Of a DNA stretch of 64,000 bases, positions 40,139 to 51,109 are shown in pieces; the first letter of the stretch is position 1; each line of letters begins with the position of its first letter. The stretch covers positions 210,988,001 through 211,052,000 of the forward strand of contig NC_086097.1 of assembly GCF_963921235.1 (NCBI RefSeq), read 5' to 3'. Source of the stretch: Mobula hypostoma (Eukaryota). The notes beneath the pieces are model-generated. The model searched no databases and was not told the origin of the DNA. It worked only from the letters and a program-made list of their open reading frames with translations. The position numbers were made by a program, and so were the translations under genes.

Positions 40139-43100
40139 CCATAAGACCATAAAACTTAGGAGCAGAATTAGGCCATTCAGTCCATTGAGTCAGCCCTGTC
40201 ATTCCATCATGGCTGATCCCAGATCCCACCTGCCTTCATGCCATATCCTTTCATGTCCTGACCAATCAAGAAGCTACCAACTTCTGCCTTAAATACACAC
40301 ACTTGGCGTCCACTGCAGTCGGTGGCAGAGCACACCACGGATTTACCACACCCTGGCTAAAAAAAATCTTCCTTATCTCTCTTCTAAAGGGTCTCCCCTC
40401 AATTTTGAGGCTATGCCCTCCAGTTCTGGATACTCCCACCATAGAAAACATCCTCTCCACTTCCACCCTATCTAGTCCTTTCAACACTTAGTAGGTTTCA
40501 ATGAGATCCCCTCACATTCTTCTAAATTCCAGCGAGTACAGGTCCAAAGCTGCCAAATGCTCCTCGTATATTAAACCCTTCATTCTCGGAATCATCCTCG
40601 TGAACCTCCTCAGGATTCTCTCTAATGACAACATATCTTTTGAGATTTGGGGCCCAAAGCTGTTGACAATACTCCATTGCGGCCCGACTAGTGTCTTATA
40701 AAGTCTCAGCATGATCTCCTTAGTTTTATATTCTATTCCCCTTGAAATAAATGCCACAGTGCATTTGCCTTCTTTACCACTGACTCAGCTTGTACATTAA
40801 CCTTCTAAGTCCCTCTGCACCTCTGATGTTTGAAACTTCTCCCCATTTAGATAATAGTCCGCACCATTGTTCCTTCTTACCAAAACACAATATCATACAT
40901 TTCCCAACACTGTATTCTATCTGCCACTTTTTTCCCATTCTTCCAATCTGTCTGAGATCTGCTGCAATCACATTGCTTCCTCAGCACTACCTACCCCTCC
41001 ACCTATCTTAGTATCATCCGCAAATTTTGCCACAAAGCCACCAATTTCATTATCTAAATCATTGACAAACAATGTTGAGTGAACTTGGCCTTTTCTCCTT
41101 GGAGCGACGGAGGATGAGAGGTGACCTGATAGAGGAGTATAAGATGATGAGAGGCATTGATCGTGTGGATAGTCAGAGGCTTTTTCCCAGGATTGAAATG
41201 GGTAACATGAGGGGGCATAGTTTTAAGGTGCTTGGAAGCAGGTTAAAAAGGAAATGTCAGAATTAAGTTTTTCGCACAGAGAACGGTGGGTGCATGGAAT
41301 GCACTACCAGTAAAGGTGATAGATGTGAATACAATAGGTTCTTTTAAGACACTCTTAAATAGGTACGTGGAGCTTAGAAAAATAGAAGGCTATATGGTAG
41401 GAAAATTCTAGGCAGTTTCTAGAATAGGTTACATGGTTGGCACAACATTGTGGACCGAAGGGCCTGTAATTTGCTATACATTTTTTTTCTATGTTCTAAT
41501 ATGAAAAGTAGTGGTCCCAATACTGACCCCTAAGGAATTCCACAAGTCACTGGCAGCCAATCAGAAAAGGCCCCTTCTATCCCACTCATTGCCTCCTGCT
41601 TGTCAGCCATTCCACTATCAAAGCCAGTATCTTTTCTAGAATGCCATAGGATTTTATTTTGTTAAGCAGCCTCATATATGGCATCTTATCAAATGCCTTC
41701 TGAAAATCCAATTAAATGACATCCACTACCTCTCCTTTGTCCACCCTCCTTGTTACTTCTTCGAAGAACTCCAACAGATTTGTCAAGATATCCCTTTTAC
41801 CATGGTGATTTTTGACTTATTTTATCATTAGTCTCCAAGTACCTCAAAACCTTATCCTTAAGACCTTAGGAATAGATTCCAACACTTTCCCAACCACTTG
41901 AGGTTAGGCAAACTGGCCTATAATTTCCTTTCTTTTGCCTTCCTCACTTCTTAAAGAGTGGAGTGACATTTGCAATCTTCCAGTCCTCCAGGACCATGCT
42001 AGGATCAAATGATACTTGAAAGATCATGACTAATGCATCTGTTATCTCTTCAGCAACCTTTCTCATGAGTCTCGATGTAGTCCATCTGATCCAGGTAACT
42101 TATCCACCTTAAGACCTTTCAATTTGCCCAGCATTTTTCCCTTGTAATAGCAATGGCACTCACTCCTGCTCCCTGACACTCACAGACATCTGGCACATTG
42201 CTAGTGTCTTCCATAGTGAAGACAGATGTAAAGTATCCATTAAGTTCACTGGCCATTTCTTTGTCCCCCATTACTAGTTCACCATCATCATTTACCAGTG
42301 GTCCAAAAATCTCTCACCTCCCTTTTACACTTTATATAAGTGAAAAAACTTTTTGTATCCCGCTTTATAATATTGGCTAGCCTGCCCTCATATTTCATCT
42401 TTTCCCTTCTTATAGCTTTTTTAGTTGCCTTTTCTTGGATTTTAAAAGCTTTCCAATCATCCAATTTCCCACTCACTTTTGCTAACATATATGCCCTTTC
42501 GTTGGCTTTTATACAGTCCTTAACTTCCCTTGTCAGCAATGGTTGCCTACCTCTACCATTTGAGGACTTCTTCCTCTGTGGGACATATTTATCTTACGCC
42601 TTGCAAACTATTCCCAGAAACTTCAACCATCTCTACTCTGCCGTCATCCCTGTCAGTATCCTCCTCCAATCCACCTGGATAAGATCCCTCTCATGCCTCT
42701 GTAATTCCCTTTAATCCGTTGCGATACTGACACCTGTGAGTTCTGCTTCTCCCTCTCAAATTGCAGTATGAATTCAATCATATTATGATCACTGCCTCCT
42801 AAAGGTTCCTTTACATTAAGCTCCCTAATAAGATAAAGGTTTTTACACAACACTCAATCTAAGATAGCCTTTCCCCAAGCCAGCTCAAGCACAAGCTGCC
42901 CTAAAAAGCTATCATGTAGGGATTGAACGAATTCCTTCTCTTGTGATTCAACACCAACCTGATTTTCCCAATCCTTTTACATTTTGAAGTCCCCCATTAC
43001 AACTGTGTCATTACCCTTATTACATGCCTTTTCCAGCTCCATTTACAATCTCAACCCCACATCTTGGCTACTATTTGGAGGCCTATATATGATTCTTATA

Positions 43101-44812
43101 ATTTTTTTTTACCCTTGCAGGTTCTTAACTCCATCCACAAAGAGTTAACATTCTCTGACCCAATGTCACCTCTTTCTAAAGATGTAATTCCATCTCTTAC
43201 CAACAGAGCCACACCACTATGTATGCCTTCCTGCCTGTCCTTTTGATACAGAGTATATCTTTTGATATTAAGCTCCCAACTATGGCCTTCTTTCAGCCAC
43301 GACTCAGAGATGCCCACAACGTCATACCCACCAATCTGTAATTGCGCCACAAGTTCATCCACCTTATTCTGAATATTATGTGCATTTAAATATAGCACCT
43401 TCAGTCCTGCATTCTTCGCCCTTTTGAATTTTGCCTCCCTAATACAATTTAGCTCTTTGCTCTGCCTACATTTGTACCCAGTCATTGACTTGAACTTCCT
43501 TAATTGATGTTACACTCATCATCTACTTGTGATCCTGCTGGCTCATCCTCAGCTCTATCATGCTGGTTCCCATCCCCCTGCCATATTAGATTAAACCACT
43601 CCTAACAACTCTAGTAAATCTGTCGACAAGAATATTGGTCCCCCTTAGATTCAAGTGCAACCCAACCCTTGTGTACAGGTCCCACCTGCCCCAGAAGAGG
43701 TCCCAATCATCCAGTAATCTGAATCCCTGCCCTGTGCTCCAATTCCTCAGCCACGCATTTCGCCTCCACCTTATTCTCTTCCTATACTCACTGTCGCGTG
43801 GCACAGGCAGCAATCCTGAGATTACCACCTTTGAGGTCCTGCTTCTCATATTCCTTTCCTAACTCCAGTATTCTTTATTCAGGGCCTCCTCCCTTTTTCT
43901 TCATATATCGTTGGTACCAATATGTACTATTACTTCCGGCTGCTCACCCTCCCTCTTCAGGATATTCGGACCCTGGCACCTGGGAAGCAAACTACTCTTC
44001 ATGCTTCTTTTTTGTGACCACAGAATTGCCTATCTGTCCCCCTAACTATAGAGTTCCCTATTACTGCTGTGATCCTCTACACTTCCCTATCCTTCTGAGC
44101 CACAGGGCCAGGCTCAGTGCCAGAGGCACAGCCGTCGGTTGCTTCCCCTAGGTAGGTCGTGCCCCTCAATAGTACTCAAAATGGAGTACTTATTGTTGAG
44201 GGGGATGGCCACAGGGGTACTCTCCACTGTCTGATGTTCTCCCTACCCTCTCCTGACAGTGACCCATGTATCTGTCTCCTGTACCCTTGGTGTGACTACC
44301 TCCCTGTAGCTCCTGCCTCTTGCTGCTTCACTTTCCCTAACAAGCCAAATCCGCAGTTCCGGTTCCTTAACGTGGTCTTTAAAGAGCTGCATCTCGAAGC
44401 ACCTGGCCCAGATGTAGCCATCAGGGAGGCTGAGAGTCTTCTGGAAATCCCACATCTGACACCCAGAACAGAACACTGGCTGTGTAGACACATCCCCTAT
44501 TCTCTCTAGAGCTAGGTAAGAAATTAGGAATGAATTTACCAAGCCTCCACCTGTTCTCGCCAAAGCCCTGTTTAACCAAAGCCTTACTACTCTGACTCTA
44601 GACGATTCCGACAATGACCGCTCCGCTAGGCACTACCTCTCTTTTATAGAGACTGGGTTTTTAAACGGTCTTTACTGGATCTGTGTGGGAATGCTCCTCG
44701 TGTCTACGCAGTAATCCAATCAATGACTCCCATTGTAAAACCTCCTGCTTTTCAAGCTCTTTGTCAGACCTGCACGGGAACCCTCTTCTTGCATCTGCGC
44801 AGTACTCTAATC
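40139..44812 (-). mobile_element. Near full-length decayed CR1 (5' UTR, esterase-type ORF1, APE-RT ORF2)
   Basis: ORF1: CSGCQMW, VVISGLLPVP and GLHLN (SGNH-like). ORF2: KVLYLNA, VVGISESWL and LGGSDHN. ATATT on both flanks. Confidence 0.9.
41075..41498 (+). mobile_element. CR1 3' fragment nested in opposite orientation
   Basis: LGLFSLERRRMRGDLIE and TTCTATGTTCTA tail. Confidence 0.85.
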
Positions 44813-45854
44813 AAATATTGGAGTTTATAACTAAGCACGGAGGAATGTAGTTTTTAAATATTTGAGTAACGTTTTAAAACATTGTTTGATTATGCATTCT
44901 TTGTTTGCGTACATAATTCATTATTGTTATATGTAGGAAGTAAATAAATGGCATTTGTCACTAAGCCATCACATCATATGTGTGTGCTTCATTAAAATAA
45001 AACAAAGTAGACACTTTATCCCTGGCTCCCATGTTTTCTTCTTTTGATTAGCTTCAAGAGTTAAAAATCATAATGGATCCTGTCTCTCAGAATTCACTCC
45101 AGTAGCGTTCCTAACATTGATGTTAGCCTCACCAGCCTGTAGTTTTACAGCTTGTCCTTACAGCCCTTCCTAAAAAGGCAAACCACTAGCTGCCCTCCAA
45201 TCTTCCAGGACGTTATCCATGCTAATAATACAAATATTTCTACCACACCATCAGTTCTACAGGCAAGTTTGTACCTGTAGTTTCCAACTCCCTTAATGCT
45301 GCTGCTTTGACACCTTCCTCTGTTGTTTTAAGATCGCCCTCTGATGGAAACTCGATGAGTTAAAATATTAAGTCTGTTTCAATTCCCAGGCATAATGTTA
45401 TGATATTGATACTATAATAGATTTTTTAAACTGTTGGGAGATGTGGAGCTGCTGCGAAGTAGTAAAAACAGTGGTGGTAGAAGGCTAGGGCTTCTTTTTG
45501 TCTGATATACATATGAGATGGTAGATTTTCTGAGCTGAAGCTTTTCGAAGGTAGAGAATGAGTGTCTGTCTGAAGTGCACTAAAACATTATCTGAATGTA
45601 AGTAAAGCTCCCAGATGCTCTTTTGAAATCTCACTAAAGCCTTTTACTCAATTGAATTGACCAGAAGGAACTGTGCACTACTCTCCAAAAATTCAGTTTG
45701 CCACCAGAATTAATCTCCATCTTAAGTTTGCCTCATGATGGCATGTGGACATAAATGCCAAAAATGGTGAAAACTGGTGTCAAACAAGGCTGCACAATGG
45801 CACAACACCTTACATAGTCTTTCTCATTGAAATGTTAACTTCACTTCTGACAAA

Positions 45855-46421
45855 GTCGCGATGTAATGATGTAGCTCTATAAAATGCTGGTTAGGCCACA
45901 CTTGGAGTACTGTGTCCAGTTCTGTTCACCTCACTGTAGGAAGGATGTGGAAGCATTGGAAAGGGTACAGAGGAGATTTACCAGGATGCTGCCTGGTTTA
46001 GAGAGTATCCATTATGATCAGAGATTAAGGGAGGTAGGGCTTTACTCTTTGGAGTGAAGGAGGATGAGAGGAGACATGATAGAGGTGTACAAGATATTAA
46101 GAGGAATAGATAGAGTGGATAGCCAGTGCCTCTTCCGCGAGGGCACCACTGCTCAATACAAGAGGACATGGCTTTAAGTTAAGGGGTGGGAAGTTCAAGG
46201 GGGATATTAGAGGAAGGTTTTTTACTCAGAGAGTGGTTGGTGCGTGGAATGCACTGCTTGAGTCAGTGGTGGAGGCAGATACACTAGTGAAGTTTAACAG
46301 ACTACTAGACAGGTATATGGAAGAATTTAGTGTGGGGGGTTATATGGGAGGCAGGGTTTGAGAGTCGGCACAACACTGTGGGCCGAAGGGCCTGTAATGT
46401 GCTGTACTATTCTATGTTCTA
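45855..46421 (+). mobile_element. CR1 3' fragment, same young family as 63012-64000
   Basis: Close sequence match to the reverse complement of 63012-63575. Confidence 0.9.
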
Positions 46422-46756
46422 AACTTCTTGTGAGAGTAGAGTTCATTTTCTGAACCATTGGGAAGTTGAATGGAGTTGTTAACTATAAGTCCAATGCAAC
46501 CCATGCCAACAACACTCCAGAACCATTGTCACCTCCATATTAAGCAAATGCTCACATTTGTGTCTGCTTAGAAGTCAAATTCCAAGCGTCAGCATCTTCA
46601 GAAAGCATACATGAGAATTAACTTTACATGTAACATCCAAAACACACAGATTCTCTACCAGTCTGCCCCTTCCCCCAATGTACAATACTGCCCTCTGACA
46701 ATGAAAGTTCACTATGAGAGCCAGGAAAATAGGGACCACTTCTTGTATGACTCAGC

Positions 46757-47508
46757 AATAGTTGGGTACATAGGGGGAGACAGGTGGATGAATACAGGGC
46801 CCTGGTGGATGACTTTGTTGAATGTTGGAAACTGAATCATCTGCAGCTCAACACGAGTAAGAAAAACGAGATGGTGATGGAAATTATGAAGACTAAGCCT
46901 GCATTGCTCCCTGTTACAATTGATGGTGAAGATGTAGATGTGACGAGTACCTGCAAGTACACCTGGATGACAGTCTTCAGTGGAGCACCAACACAGAGAC
47001 TGCATACAAAAAGGGCCAGAGTCGCCTCTACTTCCTGAGGAGTCTGGGTTCCTTTGGAGGATGCAGGCCTTTCTTTCACGTGTTCTACCAGTCTGTTATC
47101 ATCAGTACAATCTTCTATGCAGTGGTGTGCTGGGCTAATGGCATCAACACGGGTGATGCCAACAGGCTCAATAAACTGATTAGAAAAGCTGGCTCTGTTA
47201 TAGGAGTCAAACTTAACACACTGGAGGCTGTGGTAGAACAAAGGACACTACAGAAAATCCTGGCAATTCTGGACAATGTTTCTCACCTTCTGCATGCCAC
47301 CTTGGTTGAACAGAAGAACACTTTCAGTAATAGAATAAGACAACTGTACTGCTCCAAAGAGCGCTATATGAGGTCATTCTTACCCTCAGCCATAAGGCTC
47401 TATAATGAGTCAACCTATAGCCAGGGAAGTGATGACCCATCTTGTTAGACTGTTTAAGGTAACTTTATTTTTTATTCTTTCTTCTTACTTCTCTTCTAAT
47501 ATTGTATA
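46757..47508 (+). mobile_element. Rex1-like LINE fragment with tail continuing at 48565-48625
   Basis: NHLQLNTSK.NEMV, MFYQSVI.STIFYAVVCW and RSFLPSAIRLYN. Confidence 0.85.
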
Positions 47509-48562
47509 ATAGAAACATAGAAACATAGAAAATAGGTGCAGGAGTAGGCCATTCGGCCCTTCGAGCCTGCACCGCCATTTATTATGATCATGGCTGATCA
47601 TCCAACTCAGAACCCCGCCCCAGCCTTCCCTCCATACCCCCTGACCCCCGTAGCCACAAGGGCCATATCTAACTCCCTCTTAAATATAGCCAATGAACTG
47701 GCCTCAACTGTTTCCTGTGGCAGAGAATTCCACAGATTCACCACTCTCTGTGTGAAGAAGTTTTTCCTAATCTCGGTCCTAAAAGGCTTCCCCTCTATCC
47801 TCAATCTGTGGCCCCTCGTTCTGGACTTCCCCAACATCGGGAACAATCTTCCTGCATCTAGCCTGTCCAATCCCTTTAGGATCTTATACGTTTCAATCAG
47901 ATCCCCCCTCAATCTTCTAAATTCCAATGAGTACAAGCCCAATTCATCCAGTCTTTCTTCATATGAAAGTCCTGCCATCCCAGGAATCAATCTGGTGAAC
48001 CTTCTTTGTACTCCCTCTATGGCAAGGATGTCTTTCCTCAGATTAGGGGACCAAAACTGCACACAATACTCCAGGTGTGGTCTCACCAAGGCCTTGTACA
48101 ACTGCAGTAGTACCTCCCTGCTCCTGTACTCGAATCCTCTCGCTATAAATGCCAGCATACCATTCGCCTTTTTCACTGCCTGCTGCACCTGCATGCCCAC
48201 TTTCAATGACTGGTGTATAATGACACCCAGGTCTCGTTGCACCTCCCCTTTTCCTAATCGGCCACCATTCAGATAATAATCTGTTTTCCTATTTTTGCCA
48301 CCAAAGTGGATAACTTCACATTTATCCACATTAAATTGCATCTGCCATGAATTTGCCCACTCACCCAACATATCCAAGTCACCCTGCATCCTCTTAGCAT
48401 CCTCCTCACAGCTAACACTGCCACCCAGCTTCGTGTCATCCGCAAACTTGGAGATGCTGCATTTAATTCCCTCATCCAAGTCATTAATATATATTGTAAA
48501 CAACTGGGGTTTCAGCACTGAGCCTTGCGGTACCCCACTAGTCACCGCCTGCCATTCTGAAA
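47509..48562 (-). mobile_element. Young 5'-truncated CR1 with open 312-aa frame (47607-48545)
   Basis: [10 protein letters not shown] and SKFADDTKLGG. (TTTCTATG)n tail. Confidence 0.95.
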
Positions 48563-49527
48563 ATTATCCACTTGTAATGCTACTGTGGCACTGTAATTTC
48601 CTTTTGGATCAATAAAGTAATGTATCTCAGGAGTCATTCCTCAGTAATAGTAGACATCAGTGAAAAAATATGCCATCAGTACAGCCTTTGCTCGATTGAA
48701 GAAAAGTGTGTTCGAAGAAGCTCTCCAATATGCTTCTGAAAACTCAACGACTTACAGCAGGTACTGCAAGGCATTGGAAAGATACCATCAGTGCTATTGT
48801 TACAAAATTCTGCAAATTCCCTCCCAAGCAAATCAACCTCAATTACTTGGTAGTATGCTTAGTATTGAGACCAGCCTTATAATTCAACAATCAGATGCCC
48901 TGAGCAAACTCTTGTCTGCACATCCAACACCAGACTCCTGAAACACAGTGTTATGTATCCATGTACTATAGTTTGACTCTTATTTGTAGCTGTCAAGATC
49001 CCCTGCGTGTTATGTATTGAGCATAATGTGGGTGATCATTCTGGTGGATGACTTACAAGTGAAATTAACAGCCGCACATTTGTTCCTCACCTCCCCATCT
49101 CCTGTGTGTGTTATTCACAGCCACCCAACTGCCCAGTACCACAGACTATCACCCTATTCTGAGCTCTACTTCAGGAAGAAATTAACCAACGAACGGAAGA
49201 GATTCAAGGAAATGCTCAAAGCTTCCTTGAAAATTGCAAGATCTGCTTAACCCTTGGGAGTCTCTGGTATATGACTCCTTAAAAGTAGAGAAAGATCATT
49301 CTAGATGATATTGAGAGGTTTCATTACATGCACTGAATACACAGAGAAGCCCTGATAAATAGTGGAAAGAGCCCACTACCTCACAATATACGCACATATC
49401 CACCAAACTATCAAACTCTTCTTGTTCTACAGTTACCCCATTGGCTTATTCGTCGCCTCAGAAACCAAAGTAGAAGCAAGTGATCCTAAATCCCAAAAGA
49501 CTATCTAAGAAGTAAGAAGACTAGAAC

Positions 49528-49745
49528 AACATACACAACATGCTGGAGGAACTCAGCAGGTCAGGCAGCATCTATGGAAAAGATGACGGTTGACATTTTG
49601 GGCCTACACCCATAATCGGGAAGGGTATCAGCCTGAATCATCGGCTGTTTATTCCTTTCCATAGATGTTGCCTGTCTTGCTGAGTTCCTCCAGCATTTTG
49701 TGTGTGTTACTCTGTATTTCTAGCATCTGCAGGATCTCTTGTGTT
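49528..49745. mobile_element. Older Penelope-like fold-back insertion
   Basis: Inverted arms and decayed hammerhead remnants. Imperfect flank duplication GAAGACTAGAACA / GGAGGCTAGAGCA. Confidence 0.75.
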
Positions 49746-50932
49746 AGGAGGCTAGAGCATTGTATTTGGAGGTGACTAAAGTTAAGGATGAGATTTTCTA
49801 CATCAGATGAGGTGTAATGGAGAAAGAAAGGGAGAAATTAAGAGGAGAAAATTGAGTATTTTGTTGGAAATGATATCAGGTCAATGAATGGTCATCTGGG
49901 ATGATAAGGTTGCTTATGTTCTGATTCAACCCGAGATGATATCTGGGGAGGAAAATGGATTTCCAAGCAGAATATCCAGGTAGTTGTTAAGTTTCTCACT
50001 GGTTGGTTGGAGGATAATGCAACTTGTTTAATATTGATATTCAACCAGTTCTTTAATGTTACAGGTTAGTGGAAAGCACAAGAATGATGAAGAGATAGAG
50101 CTGGTGTTTACAATAAACTAGCTCTTTCAGTGTGGTGTTTGAATGTTTTAACTTCTAATGTAACAGAAGATCAACTTTATTGTTCACTTTAGTTGATGCA
50201 TGATATTATAAATCAAGGCAAACATAGAACATTTGGTTTATATTTGTATGAATAATCTGTTATGGTTGTCAATACGATTAAGCTATCCTTATATTTTCTA
50301 TGGAGTTAATGATCTCAAATATCAATAAAATCAGTTATTTCATGATTCTGATTTGCTGAATAACAACTTCCATATTTGACTCATATTCCATAATAAAAAT
50401 GGAAAATACAGCAACCATTCATGATTCTGTTTGTTGTCAGTTAAGCAATTTAACTTTTCAAGTTAAACCAATCTCAGAAATTCATGTTATTAAAATAAGC
50501 CTATTTATTAAAAGCTATTTGATTAATTTAGTATTGCCAGCAAATAGTTTCCTTTTCCCTCATTCCTTTGAAATGAAATTAGGGTACCAATGATCTAATG
50601 TTTGGTGAAGGCTACTTGTCGAATCTCTTTTTCGTCAATGCTTTATGAAAGCTTGCTGCCTCTCTGTGACTTTATGTGGAACTGCAGCATTGAGTCATGC
50701 TGGTCATACATTTTATAAATGCAAGATCACAAAAACTGAGAAAACACTTTTCTTCATCTGCCATCAAGCCTTTTTTACCCAAAAATCCTATTTCAGCATT
50801 GTAGGTTGTGATCCATCATTTATCCAAAAGTGGGTATCCATCAATATTAAATTTAAGCCATTGAATCATACATATTATGACTGTATTTTCACAATGTAAG
50901 ATTCACCAACATTGAGTTACAATCAAAATTCA

Positions 50933-51106
50933 GAGTCAAAGAATCTTACAGCACAGAAACAGATCCTTTGGCACCAACCGTCCATGCTGACTAAGATGCC
51001 CCACCCAATCTAATCCTACTTACCAGCTTTTGGCCCATACCTTATAAACCTTTTCTATCCACATACTTGTCCAAAGGCTTTTTTAAAAATCATTATTGTA
51101 CCTGCA
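50933..51106 (-). mobile_element. CR1 3' end, continuing at ~53835-54010 beyond the HERO insertion
   Basis: CR1 3' UTR/tail sequence. Matching C-terminal coding sequence lies on the far side. Confidence 0.65.
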
Positions 51107-51109
51107 GGT

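Larger units (their letters stand above)
29532..45074 (+). mobile_element. Fragmented Gypsy element (RT-RNase H-integrase to 3' LTR) expanded by nested insertions
   Basis: RT 29532-29850 (YLDDIIVT). RNase H/integrase to ~32167 (ITEHQPLVSIF, PWQRIHVDFA). pol end 35880-36224. PPT-like AAGCACGGAGGAA then LTR-like 44846-45074. Confidence 0.8.
45610..49518 (+). mobile_element. Old RTE/BovB-like LINE broken by CR1 and Rex1 inserts
   Basis: Decayed LTKAF, LPHDGM and KTGVKQGC (~45625-45810); STAFARL..VFE, LERYHQ.C..KILQI and RKRFKEMLKASLK (48660-49250); (AGA)-rich tail. Confidence 0.7.

Noticed and set aside
47584..48276. 230-aa plus-strand ORF
   Set aside because: Antisense to the intact CR1 frame.
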